This document shows, in pieces, positions 1-12,372 of a stretch of DNA of 64,000 nt. The notes under the pieces are model-generated. The model saw nothing but the letters and a program-made list of their open reading frames with translations, searched no databases and was not told the origin of the DNA. The stretch lies in NCBI GenBank assembly GCA_028534125.1, contig CM052816.1, forward strand, positions 58,654,001 to 58,718,000, in the 5' to 3' direction. The stretch's first letter is position 1. Every line of letters begins with the position of its first letter. This DNA comes from Lama glama (Eukaryota). The position numbers and the translations under genes were made by a program.

Positions 1-790
1 CTGTTGACTTTTCCGTATCTTTGGTAAACCTGTGTATCAATCTTTTAAATTTTCTGTAATCTGAAATGTGAAAAATGCCATCCGGTTTAAGTATGACTTT
101 CTATGATTATAGTAGGGCTGAACACCTCTCCCGTTTACTAGTCATTTGTATTTCTTTGTTTACTGGCTTGTTTTTAGCCTTTTTTCACAGGCACATTTTT
201 ACATATTCAGGTGTTAGTACTTTTCTGTTATAAAATTGCAAATATTTCCTTTCATTCTCATGCTTGTCTTTTAACTTCATCATGCCTTTTGTCATTTCCT
301 AAGCTTTCCATTTTTTTGAAGTAAATCCATGGCCTTCAGGCTTTCATTTCTTGCTTAGGACAACTTTCCCCCAACCCAAAGTCAGTATTTTACTAATATT
401 CTTCTAATTTTTGTATTTAAACCTTTACTCCACCTATAAATTATTTTTGTGCATAGTATGAAGAGGCAACATTATGTTTTGCCATATGGATATCCAATTG
501 TTCCAACAGTCCCTATTAACCATAATAGTCTACTCCCTCCCCACTGATGTGAAATGCTATTTCTGTGAAATGAAAAAAATTCCTATATACACATTATCTA
601 TCTATTTCTATGCTGTCTTCTCATTTTATTCTTCTATTTGTCTATTACTGTGCTAATACCACAGCATTTTCTATGGCTTTATTATATTATGTTCCAATAT
701 CTAAATAGCAAGTCTCTATCACTCTTCTACAAAATTGTCTTATCATGCCTTCTCTTTCAGACTAACTTAATTTTCATTGTAGCTACATTT
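1..790 (-). mobile_element. Old L1 (L1M-type) ORF2 fragment
   Basis: T-rich antisense L1 motifs such as tatggatatccaattgttccaaca and aaattgcaaatatttcc; boundaries approximate. Confidence 0.6.
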
Positions 791-1699
791 ACTTTAAAAG
801 TTGTTTTGAGAGGTATACTTGTTTTTGAAAAATCTCAGATACGGATCACTTGCCAGTAAGGAAATATAACTTGAAATCATGATCCTTGGTAGCTAAAGAA
901 AATACCATAGATGTTAAGTACTACGAACACAGCAAATGTGGCTGAAATGTTTGATCAGCAGTTCCTTCCACACTTTGATACCTAATGATAACAGAAAAGA
1001 CTAAAGATCTTTTTTCCTATCAATTGAGAGAAACATCTATTTAAACTTAAAAAAAAAACACTTAAGATATTCAACATTCTTTCCTATTATAACTAGTTCA
1101 CTTAAGATGTCAACATTCTTTCTTAATATAATTAACTAAGCTACAGAATACCAGAGTAAACTCTTCTTTAAATCTTCCTTTGCTATCATTATCTTCCTTG
1201 GGGACTCCAGACAATATTGTAACATTTGATCTTATAAAAGCTAGTAGGGACTTAAATAGCATGCTTGTTGTTGCTCCTGTGATGTAACACCAACGACAGT
1301 ATCAAAAGTATATTAGTTCTAACATTCTTGCAGGTCAACTACTTAAGGTATAGCACATTAACTATATAAAAAAGCAGTTATGGTATTTCTTTTTACTGTA
1401 AAACACAATCTGCTGGAGTAAATGCCATTTGCAATTTAATGACTCAGTGTTAAAAATTTTATGTAAGTGATATAGTATGATGCTATTTTTGTTATTTCTT
1501 TAATGACTGTTTAATACTTAAAACTATAATTTGTAGTTTTCACGTTCACAGAGAATATAAAGTTTTTTCAAAAAGACAAAAAATTACAAGTAATCCTATC
1601 ATCCAGAACTAATCACACTTAACATTTTAATGTATTTCTTCTAGTTTGTATAGGTTCATGTTTGTATGTGCATTGTGTTGTCGACAATTGTTTGTTTTG

Positions 1700-1930
1700 T
1701 TGTAGCACAGTGAACTGGAACCAGAACAATACTTCAAACTCATCTGATACTTAATATTTGAGGAATATTATGCAAGTTATCTCCCCTCAAAGCTCAGTTT
1801 CCTTACCTGTAAAATGGGGATAATTCTGTATGGTTGTTGTGAGGATTTAATAAGATGAGGTATGTAAAAATACTCTACATAGGTCCTGACACACACCAAG
1901 GTATGAAAACATCATTTCTACTGTTAGTAT
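1700..1930 (+). mobile_element. MIR
   Basis: Core ctcagtttccttacctgtaaaatggggataat...gttgtgaggattta. Confidence 0.75.
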
Positions 1931-2369
1931 TATATAACTTCGCATCTTATTATTTTTAACATTAAATTGTATTTCCCCATGTCACTAAATATTTTCAAAA
2001 CACAAATTAATGACACAATAGTTCACCATAAGTAACTGCTCTATGATTGGACTTTGTTTATTTCTAAGTTTTCATTATTAATAATTTTATCTATTCAGCT
2101 AAGTATTCTACATATATACATAATTTTGTTTAATTCTCCAAACAACCTCTCCGTTGGAGATTTCCCTCAGATACTATGATCCAGCATTGCTAAAAAAGTA
2201 ATGTTCATGTAAGAGCCAGTTGACTTATAGCAGTAGGGCCCCCTACAACCATGCTGCTGGGAGTAGAAGTTCCAACAATTTATTTTAACATCATCTTGAC
2301 TTGAAAGATAGGAAAAAATGATGTGTTAAACACTATTAAACAGTACAATTAAAAATAGTTAAGATGGTA

Positions 2370-2590
2370 TAGTTAATAATACCATATTATATATTTGAAA
2401 GCTGGTAAGAGAATAAATCTTAGATGTTCCCATGACAGAAAAAAATTGTAATTACATGACATGATGGAGGTGTTAGATAACAATAATTATAGTGGTAATC
2501 ATTTTGCATTATGTAAGTTTATCAAATCAGTGTCATACACCTTAAACTTACATCATGTTATGTGTCAATTATATCTCAATAAAGCTGGGA
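2370..2590 (+). mobile_element. L1MA-type 3' end nested in an older L1 3' end
   Basis: Ends tgtcaattatatctcaataaagctggg; 19-bp TSD aaaaat(a/g)gttaagatggta at 2351-69 and 2591-609. Confidence 0.75.
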
Positions 2591-3005
2591 AAAAATGGTT
2601 AAGATGGTAAATTTTATGATGTGTTTTTTACCACAATGAAAAAAAAAACATTAAATTTTTAAAGAGTTGACAGCAAAACAAAAGTAGAGTTGGACTGTAG
2701 AGGACTTGGACCTAGATGCTAGGAAATAGTTTCTTGATAATAGACACAATTCAGAGCACTAAACCAAGCAATTTACTTCAATGTGAAAGAGAAAGTTTAA
2801 AAGTAGGAAAAGGTTAAGGATTTTTTAAAATCAGTATTTCCCACATTTTCTAAAATGAAAAGCCTTATGAGTATAATTAAAAATTTTTAATTCTAAAAAC
2901 AAATAATCCGTGCTTCTAACTCTTCAAGTTTACATAATACCACCTCAGTTTGCTTTCTATAGTTACAGTGTAAGATTCAAGTTAATCAGTTCTTAAGAGA
3001 CTTAC

Positions 3006-3075
3006 CTTATTAGCTTCTGTTGTCACTATTCTATTAAGAAACTTCATCATTATTGTTGGTGCCACAGGGTTGAAA
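3006..3075 (-). CDS. RAD17: RAD17 coding exon (FNPVAPTIMMKFLNRIVTTEANK); gene continues beyond the left edge
   Basis: gacag| acceptor, AAG|GTAAG donor; 70 nt, phase 2 to 0; peptide matches recalled RAD17. Confidence 0.93.
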
Positions 3076-3169
3076 CTGTCAATATTTTTAAAAGAAAGAT
3101 AGCAGTTATGTAATTAATTTAAATATACAATACATATGTGAACATTTTAAGCAGAAATTTCATTCTTAC

Positions 3170-3295
3170 CTAATATTTGATATAGCACATTCTTCCTGAA
3201 TTTCTTTGGGAAACAGTAATCTTAGATTATTATCCCCACTCAGACTGTCAGAAATTATAAATATTAGAGGACATCGACCAATCTGCACATACTTC
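3170..3295 (-). CDS. RAD17: RAD17 coding exon (KYVQIGRCPLIFIISDSLSGDNNLRLLFPKEIQEECAISNI)
   Basis: tttag| acceptor, TAG|GTAAGA donor; 126 nt, phase 2 to 2. Confidence 0.93.
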
Positions 3296-3383
3296 CTAAA
3301 ATAACAAAAGATAGCAAGCAATGTTGGAATTTAAGCCATTTGCCATTTAATTTGGAGTTTCAGAAAACTTCACTGAAACTCAC

Positions 3384-3436
3384 CTCAGAACTTCATGTAA
3401 AGTATGAGAATCTCGATAAAACTGGTTAGGTAAATC
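3384..3436 (-). CDS. RAD17: RAD17 coding exon (DLPNQFYRDSHTLHEVL)
   Basis: atag| acceptor, GAG|GTGAGT donor; 53 nt, phase 0 to 2. Confidence 0.93.
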
Positions 3437-3928
3437 CTATCAAAAACACAGGATAAACATTAGCTCAGTTTTTGTTCCCACGTAAATTTATTTTCAGATT
3501 TATATTTACCAGGACAGGAAAAAATGTTACCCATTCAATGTACTGCAACCAGAACTTTTACAGAAATTAAAGGAAACATCAAATAGCTGATGCCCTAAAC
3601 AGTAATATGCATCAATGGGATTTTCAGATCAAATTTCTTAGGGTTACTACAAGTGATAATATTTTCACTAAGATATCATTTTCCAAATATTTTTTGCCTT
3701 CCTATACATAAGCTATTAAATTTTTTAAGTTCATTAATCTATAGCTACTCTATTCAAGTTTATTGAATGAATACTCTAGGTTTCTGCTATCACAAAAAGC
3801 CTTTCCATGTATTTCACCACTATTAATACTATTAATATTATGGACAGAGGTAATGTTATTATCACATAAGATATATCTTGCAATTGTTTACTCAATAGTT
3901 ACAGCAGAATTACAAAAGTTGTCCTTAC

Positions 3929-4065
3929 TTCAACCAGAATTATCTTCTTATCAGTTCTCAGATCATCTCCAAGCATTTGTAGTTTGTTATATTTTGTTGC
4001 TCTTAGTAGAAACTCTTTAAAAACTGTTATCTGAGACTGATATGGAAATATATGGAAGCTTGATT
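3929..4065 (-). CDS. RAD17: RAD17 coding exon (SSFHIFPYQSQ...DKKIILVE; Walker B-like)
   Basis: ttcag| acceptor, GAA|GTAAGG donor; 137 nt, phase 1 to 0. Confidence 0.93.
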
Positions 4066-4248
4066 CTGAAAGGAAACATATTTAACACTTATTTTCAACA
4101 AATTACATACAGATCAATATTACACATATGTATATAATATACATATATATAAACGAATATATTTACATATACATGAAGGAGATCCTAATATTGTATCCTG
4201 TTTTCTAATTAGGCAAAGTTCAAAGTTAAAATAGAATATTCATTTCAA

Positions 4249-4374
4249 GGTGTTGAGGGTATAGCTCAGTGGTACAGTGTGCACCTAGCATGCATGTTTC
4301 TGGATTCTAAAAAATCCTTAATTACCTCACCCCCAAAATAAATAAATAAACAAACAAACAAATAAATAAATAAA
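4249..4374 (+). mobile_element. tRNA-Ala-derived camelid SINE (Vic-1 type), B-box region degenerate
   Basis: GAGGGTATAGCTCAGTGG head, (AAAT/AAAC)n tail, 16-bp TSD AGAATATTCATTTCAA at 4233-48 and 4375-90. Confidence 0.85.
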
Positions 4375-5573
4375 AGAATATTCATTTCAAAAAATAAAAG
4401 TCACTATGGGCAACAGTAACTTTTCTCTAACAATGAATGTAATATGGAGCTAACTGACTTCAGAACACAGCTGTTAGTATAACAGTCATACTACTTGTAA
4501 AAATATTTATGACTGCCTACACAAGGAAGACTCTCCAAATGAGTGCTTGACTACAAATGAGTTGGTCTCAATAATGAAGTTTTAATGACAAAAATAGAAT
4601 GGTTGATTAGTGACTTGGGAATAAGGGAAGGAATATTTGATACAGAAGACTGTAAATAACAACTTACTAGATTGTCAAAAGTAATTTTACTGATAGAAAG
4701 CAGGAGGAATTCCAGGAGTATGGGATATTAGCAGCATAAGGGTGTGCATACTAAAGATACAGTACATATGAAGCATACTAAAGAAGAGCCCAGAGAAAGG
4801 ATTTTGAGGAATACTCCATGATAAAATATGATTGTCTTTTACAGAACTCTTTTCACTCCAAAGTGGCCTAGGAGATTTGGATACCCCAGCTTAGTTACCT
4901 GAAGAAGCAATAAGAAAACTATGAAAGTTAAAAATGATCGCGCTGGAGTTTATGAGCATATATATGAAGTTATATCGTACTACTAGATTATTTTTGGATT
5001 GTCATTATTCTGGGTTGTTTGTGTTAAAGTCCCCTTCCAAATTCCAAAGACAGTCTTTAACATATACTTGGATTTGATTTGATTCTAACAGGTTTGTTCT
5101 AAACTCTCTTGTTTGGAGGTAAGTTACTTTAACACATTTTAAGGCTCGATTTATATTTAAACAAAAAGAGTTTATTTACACTAATTTCCCAGCCATAGCC
5201 TAGGAAAAAAGTACATAAATAATGTAAACTGATTAGCTTGTTATCTAATAAAACAGTTAAGACTTCATCCTTAAAAAATCCTACTCTTCTCTACTGGAGG
5301 GTCCCTTCCCTTCCTTTTCCTAAAATTACTCCCCTCTGAAACTGGAAGTAAGTGAGAAAATGTACCCATATAGTTTCATCTGATTGCTACTCAGACATTG
5401 TGAAGCAGTTGGTAGTGGGCAGATGCCAATCTACTATAGGAGTGGCAATATATACCTTCATCTCAAACATGTATACTCACCATGGTTTTAGAAATCTTAG
5501 ATATAGATGGGGGGACTTGTTTCAAAGCATAGATTTTCCTCCACTATTTCCATTACCTTCACAGCAAACTTAC

Positions 5574-5730
5574 CAGGATTAAGTACCTCCTTGAAATCAT
5601 CTTTTTGGAATTCCGGTAAAACTGGATTAATCCACTCTTGTACTTGAACACCATGCTCCTTTGACAGTATTTTTATAGTTGTTGTTTTTCCACATCCAGG
5701 AGGACCTGTTATTAATAAAATAGATCCACC
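5574..5730 (-). CDS. RAD17: RAD17 coding exon with Walker A (GGSILLITGPPGCGKTTT)
   Basis: tttag| acceptor, CTG|GTAAGT donor; 157 nt, phase 0 to 1; AAA+ P-loop. Confidence 0.95.
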
Positions 5731-7529
5731 CTAAAAGCAAATATAAACATCAATTAAAAATCAAAATCATTGGAATGCTAGAATATTATGTTTGAATATT
5801 CTTTCTAGATATTAATTACTTCTACAAATATTTACTGAATGTCTGGTATAAGCAGACTAAATTTCACAATGCTAGCTGGAATAAATCAGTTTTAGATAAG
5901 AAAATCTTATTTCATGAACTTCTAAGCATAGCTTCTGGTAATGCTTCAATTCTTACATTATGTCCCTCCCAAGGACTATTCAAATTAAAACTCAACTTCA
6001 GCTAGATTAAAGAGGTAATGTCTGAAACAAGTATTTTTAGGTTATCTGAACTCATAAAATTCAATCAATATAGACCTATCCTTGGATTATATACCTTAAT
6101 ATTATACATGTATAATATTCTTATGGGAAGACCTCAGTTTGGATTTCAAATTCTTTAAGAAATGTACATTAAGAAACATATTTACCAGAGATAGGACTCT
6201 AAAAAGAGACTAGAGGTTGTGGGTCCCAGTAACATTCCCTCATATAGTGAATCTGATTTAAAAAAAAGTTAAAACTAAAAAATTATCAGGGGAAGATGTC
6301 CTATAGACAATGGTGGGCTATAATCCTTGCTCCTTTGTTTACCTTTATGAACTAGGGTAACCAAGAGCCTGTGTACTTGGACCCAGAGGAGAGCCAGTCC
6401 CACTTTTTTAAATGGATAAATATATGAGTTATAGTGCTACTGGCCATGAGTTTAATGTTTATGATTTAATAACATATATTAAATAAGGTATCTGTATACA
6501 GAAACATATTTAAAATAAGGTTATATATTGACAGGGTGATGAAAATATGACCAAAGGAACATTAGGTTTTGAAGGAACCAACCCTATAATTCTCTTAGGA
6601 ACCATGGTTCAGTACTTGCTAATTCTGTTTGCAGTGACTTTAGCAGAACATAACTAATGCAAATAATGACAGCTGACTACTTCCAAACAGATGACTTTTT
6701 TAAAAAAAGAGGAAGGTCAAACACGGGCAGCCATGTATTTTTCTCATGTAATACAGCTGTGTCTGTTTTTTGATACAGTGACACAGCCACATAGCAAAAG
6801 TTTTGCTTCCAGTATGAATGAACTGGGAGGTAGTCTCCTATCAGAACACTAAAACAGAAATACTGCTGTTAATCCCCTCACTGCCTACACTGTAATAGAG
6901 ATTTACTGTATTTTGAAGAAAAGAAGTTGCCCTCAAAAATTAAGCTCAACAAATATTTGGAGTGCTTACAATCAACTAAAAAAATTTTTTTAGCTTGCCT
7001 AAAGAGAAATCTAGAAGTTACCAAAATTTTTCATACAAATGTCTTATAATTACTGACTCTGACACTTCTATATAATAAAGAGTACATTGGTGGTTAAACT
7101 ACAACCTCTTGGAAGCTTTTAAAACTGTACAGGAAATACTTCACCAACACCTAAACATGTGCACCCATATCTAAGTTCATCCAACTGGTAAAATGATAAT
7201 AATACTACATGTGTAGGTTTAAGACATGATAATGTTTATACTAAAAAAAAAAAAAAACAACAGCAGACACTGAAAAATAACTATTAGCTGAGTTGACCAA
7301 ATAATAAGAAAAAACTGTGATGTAAAAGGTGCATCAGAGAAACTGCCCAAGAACTGGTACTCAAAGAGAGATGAGATTTCGACAAGAAGAGGAACACCAA
7401 TGCTGACAATGAAAATCCATCTTGAGTACACTATCTTAACCCTATACCAAAGGTTAGATCCACAAGTCACAGGAAGGACTTTGATTCCAGTTTACCAGTG
7501 GAAGCAATTAAAATACCAATTCTTCATTC

Positions 7530-8720
7530 AAAGTTGAAAGTTAAAGAAAATGACTGAAAATTTACCCTGTCTTTCCAGTTGGAAATGTATTTAAATGTAA
7601 CTAAACAGCCCCAGCTAGTGATGGCAAACTTTTCTTTATGGAAAAATGCCAGCTAACAATTATAGAAATAATAATAATAATACAATTGGAAAATCACCAG
7701 TTCACAATAACAAAATGATCAGGCAAGGACTGAAAATGGATGCTAAAGCTCTTAGGTGAAAGACTGCTGGGAAACTGGACACCTACATGCTGCCAAAGCA
7801 TCTCTCCATAAATTCATGTGCCAATCACAAGGGAAAATTACAATGAAGAGTTCTATCGTCTCCTTAATCTAGTCATCAAACTTAACATCAAAGATAGCAG
7901 GAGAACGAGACATATTTACAGATATAATACAATGTAAAATATACACCATGACTATAAAGTATTCTTGCAAAAATGTTCAACTGAAGTCTAATCAAGCCCT
8001 TGATTCAAAATTCCAGGTTATAGAAAATGCAGGTTAGAAGAACAAGTTACTCATCACCAGGAGGAAACAACCTGACATATTCAGGATATAAGACTTCTAC
8101 AAGTCAATTGGCCTGGTCTCTTTAATAAGTCTATGTTGGGGGGAGGGTATAGCTCAGTGGCAGAGTGCTAAGCATGCCCAAGGTCATGGGTTGGATCCTC
8201 AGTATGTCCATTAAATTAAAAAGTAAAATAAAATAATAAAAAATAAATAAAATAAACATAATTACTCCCCTCCCCCAAAATACAAAAACAAACAAAGTCA
8301 ATGCCTTGGAGAGAAAGAGAGGGTAAAGGCGGACTGTTCTAGATTTTAAAAGACCTAAGAGATGTAACAACTAAATGTAATGAGTGGTCCTTTATTAGAT
8401 CCTGATTGTGACAAATCAGAAATAAAAGACATCTGGGGGACAACTGGACACATGTGAATGCGAACTGACCATTAGATAACATTAGGGATTTACAGTTAAT
8501 TTTGTTAGAATAATGGTACATATGGTTAATAAGAAAAATGCTTCTTTATTGTTACTGTTGTTAAAGAGGTATACTTAAGTTTCTAAAAGTCAGACATTTA
8601 TAATTTACGTTAAAATACCTACGGGGGAAAATGATGGGTATATTATAGGTACATGAGTATTTGTTTACTACTCTATCCTTCTTTATGTTTGAAGAATCTC
8701 AAAATCAAAAAAATTTAAAA
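7530..8720 (+). mobile_element. Old L1 (L1MC/ME-type) 3' region, interrupted by a SINE
   Basis: Motifs such as gacctaagagatgtaacaactaaatgtaatg...gatcctgatt; boundaries approximate. Confidence 0.55.
8138..8294 (+). mobile_element. tRNA-Ala-derived SINE inserted in an old L1 3' region
   Basis: GGGAGGGTATAGCTCAGTGG head, A-rich tail, imperfect TSD aagtc(t/a)atg. Confidence 0.85.
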
Positions 8721-9110
8721 AGAGAGAGAATATTCTAGCTTGGGGGTCAAGAGTAATTATGGAATTAGGAAGTGAAAAGAGAAAACAGCGCAAGAAGAAT
8801 TATGACTGTTTTAGGCTATATTTAGTACAAAAACTAATATGTAATTTGCCTGCTTGCTTTAGTGTGAGATAATCTATAATAGTAAATATATTAGCACCCT
8901 AACTGGTTTACTGTGCTTTCATACGTAAGAGGGAAAAAGAGGTACAAGTCAAGGGGAAAACGCCAAGTCTCTGAGTCTTTTGGTGAGGCAGAAGTAGATG
9001 ATCTTATGTGAACAAAGTCATTGGAGCAGTTTTCAACTTCTTATAACCAACTATAAGTCAGAGAAAAATTTGAGGTCAAATATTTTTAAACATATTTCTT
9101 CTTTAGTTAC

Positions 9111-9194
9111 CTGTTTGGGTTGCCTTTCTAAGACTTCAGCTTTTAACCAGGTTTCAACTTCTTCAATTTTCTTTTTATGTACAGCAAGTTCATG
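9111..9194 (-). CDS. RAD17: RAD17 coding exon (HELAVHKKKIEEVETWLKAEVLERQPKQ)
   Basis: ttttag| acceptor, CAG|GTAACT donor; 84 nt, phase 0 to 0. Confidence 0.94.
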
Positions 9195-9706
9195 CTAAAA
9201 TTTTCAAGTTTAAAATACAACATATTAACTCAAAAATTTTTGAAGTATCAGCACAGATTAATATAAAGACTTTTAGTGAAAAAATTAGCAAACAAATAAA
9301 TGATACAGTAGTAAAAACGTCCTTTTGATTATAGTTAATTCTTTATATTGGTACAGAAAAATTCTGTTCTTAAGCTGACACCAGTGTATGAAAATCTGAG
9401 GCACGTCTGTAATCATAAAATTTTCTATAATCCTGAAATACATTTTGGGAAAGAAATAAATAGGGTGGGGTACTGCATTTAGTGAAAATTAAAAGGATCA
9501 AGTCTTTGTTAGGGTTAAATTAAATCAAAGACAAATAACTAGTGGTATGACTTCAGAATAATCTAAGGCTTGGAACATAAAAAACTTTAAAATTATTATT
9601 TTTTTCTAATTCATTTAGACAGATTTTTATGAATAATAAATGACAAGGCACATCCCTCTCCTTTCTGAAATTAAATTACAGAGACTTGTTTTATGCTATT
9701 TGTTAC

Positions 9707-9964
9707 CTGCGTTTCTGGTTTATATTTATCCACCCATGGTTCATCATCTGACAGATATTCTTTTGAATTTTCTAGACCATAAGTCTGTTTTGAGGAAGAT
9801 AGGTTTCCTCTTTTTCTAGCTGGAAATTTGCTACTTTCTAATGCGGAAGGCGCCTTTTTTCTTCTACTACTTGAGTTATTCACACCTAATGATGTGGCAG
9901 TAATAGTAGAGATGCCTCTAGTCTCTGAAAAATCATCAAATGATGGGTCTACCCAGTCTGTTAC
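9707..9964 (-). CDS. RAD17: RAD17 coding exon (VTDWVDPSFDDF...EPWVDKYKPETQ)
   Basis: Inside ORF 9671..9982; tttcag| acceptor, CAG|GTAACA donor; 258 nt; PWVDKYKP is the RFC-family box II motif. Confidence 0.96.
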
Positions 9965-11162
9965 CTGAAAAAAAGAAACCATGTAAACACTGTCACATTT
10001 TTTTGCATCTATTCCCTATATAACTAAACTACCCTGTTAAAAAAAAATCATAGATTTGCAACATTTAAAATAAAAATCTCACAAATTATCTCTTTAAAAC
10101 TGACTCTATATGTATTGTTTTTCCACTTTACAATAGGTATAAATGCATACTTATCTACTTGACTATAGTAATGATGAATGCCATATAAATACACATCGAA
10201 TATAAACTTAATTCTTTATTAATTATAATCTTCCCAGGAAAAAGATTCAGCTGATTCTTTTAAAACTCATTTGTAGCACTGAAACATAAATATTAAAATT
10301 ACCTACCAGAAAAGTCAAACAATAAAGAAAAAAAGGTATTATTTTAATCACACAGAAACATAAGAAAAGTAACACTTCTGCCTTGATGAAGTTAATGCAT
10401 TCACCAACTAAGAACAACTTTATACATTCAAATAATCCCTACCAGCTTTAAGATTTGTGAAGGTCTAAGAATCCTGATGCTATGAATAATTTGTAATTAT
10501 GATTTTATTACACTTTTCTTCAGCTCTTGAAACAACTAATATATTTATGAAAGGGAGGCAGGCTTTCTAGTGAGGGTAATTTGTCAGGTTTGTTTAGAAA
10601 AAAAGAGTACTAGGTCAATAAAGCAGGAAAATCAGTGAGTTCTATGTCATGGTCTTCTGCTCTATAGAAATGACTGACCCCTCTATGTTTCTCTCCATCA
10701 TTTCCTTTTCTTTAAAATTCTTTCTAAGTATATATACAAAAAGAAAGATGCTAAATTAAGCAAATTTAACCTAAAAACATTTAGGAGTGCTACAAAGTTT
10801 TATTTAATAATTAGAAGTGGATTTTCTTGACATTCCAATAGAATAAATCCAGAAAAATCCAGCTTAGTATCTGACTTTAGGAATTCCCTGCCTGGTTAAT
10901 AAGGGGAACCAAGATTATATTTCCCTTGAAGAATACTCAGCCACACTTGTGAACCATTTATTAGACAACAGTCCTTTTTAGGAGAAAAAGAACCAGAAGT
11001 TGGAGGTGAAAGAAGGCTCAGAAGAAGCAAGTGAGGGATTATACAAATTTTATAAACGCAAAATTACATTTCACACCTCTTTTAAAGACAAAAGGTTAGG
11101 ATTATTATCAGCAGTGGGTAAAGAAATGAAGACCTTTGGGGAAAAATTTCAGACACAGCTAC

Positions 11163-11347
11163 CCAGTTCATTTCCTCCTCTTTAAAAGACTGTCACCAGT
11201 ACTACACTCTGGTCCCTTTCTTCTATTTTTAAGAGTACAGAAAAATAGTAGTAGTAGTAGTAAAACTCTTGATAGCAATTCTGATCTAACAATTTCAATC
11301 TGCATTTTAGTTACACGTTTTATAGTTTTATTTCTCACATAAATTTA
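11163..11347 (-). other. RAD17: Probable RAD17 cassette exon ending ATG AAC TGG (MNW; counterpart of the human MNQ-start isoform); coding part 11163-11171
   Basis: Pyrimidine tract ctttgtctctctctctataag| acceptor; TGG|GTAGCT donor in phase 0 with the VTDW exon; resembles the recalled human exon ending ATGAATCAG. Confidence 0.6.
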
Positions 11348-11846
11348 CTTATAGAGAGAGAGACAAAGAGAAATAGCAAAGTTAAATAACTTACTTAAGA
11401 TCAGGGAACAAGTAGATCCACCAGTAGGAAAGCAGCTAACTTTCATCAGTGTGATACTGTCTGACACCTATCCTACCCACCCACTAGCCTTGTTGAGAAC
11501 TGGCACACCAAACCACTTAATTTCTAAGAGACAGAGCCTGTTTGTTAAGCTATAACACCAATTACAATGCATGTATTTCTTTTTCTTCTACTGCTTTTTC
11601 ATTCAAGAGTTTTCAGCTTTTTGTTTATGACTGCGATCATAAAAAAGAAACACTTTTTTTTTCAAAATTTAGGTTGTGTTTTCAGTGTACAGTTGTTTCA
11701 CAATTGATTATTAGACTTTTTAGATCACTGATTACAACAGATACTGGACACGATTACTTTGATAGCAGCAATAAGTCTTAGGAACACAAACACAAACTAA
11801 TATTCTTTCTGGGCAATCATCGCAAGGTCATTTTAGTGTTTCATAC

Positions 11847-11888
11847 CTTTGTGGAAGATACCTTTGGTCTAAGAAAAGTTTTTGACAT
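11847..11888 (-). CDS. RAD17: RAD17 first coding segment MSKTFLRPKVSSTK (whole exon 11847-11950)
   Basis: ATG at 11888; AAG|GTATGA donor; ttcccctag| acceptor at 11951; identical to the recalled long-isoform N-terminus. Confidence 0.9.
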
Positions 11889-12230
11889 TATAAACTTTAA
11901 TAGTTTCCATCCGTAGTATACAACCTGTAGTACACTGAAGTATAGTTCACCTAGGGGAAAAAAGAAAAAAAATCCCTCAAATTATGAAAAACTGTAAAAC
12001 AGAAGTATAGTAACTAATATATACTGACAAAATCAACAACATAATAGAGGTTCAAGAACTAATGAAAGAGAACATACTAAAAATAGCTGAAGCAAGAAAT
12101 CAAAATGCTAAATTGAATTTTACTTTTAATGACTATAGCTGTGTCAAACAGTCTGTGTTAAATAAAGTTTTTCATATAAACTCAACAATGTAGTAGAGAA
12201 AACAGAAAAACCACATATTTGTGTACCTAC

Positions 12231-12372
12231 CTTTTGTCATTAAGAAAAATTAGACAACACTATTTGTGCAGTTTTTACACTGAAAATTAAAATTTCCTTC
12301 ACTTCAAAATTTTTTCCAAAATTACAAACATTCAAAAATTTTTTTAAAAAAGCACCATATATTGAATTCATA
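12231..12372 (-). other. RAD17: Candidate RAD17 5'UTR exon
   Basis: Good donor AAG|GTAGGT at 12231/12230; the acceptor (ctaag|) is weak and uncertain. Confidence 0.35.

Noticed and set aside
12355..12372. ATGAAT on the minus strand as the MNQ-type RAD17 start
   Set aside because: No donor after three codons; the 11163-11171 site fits better
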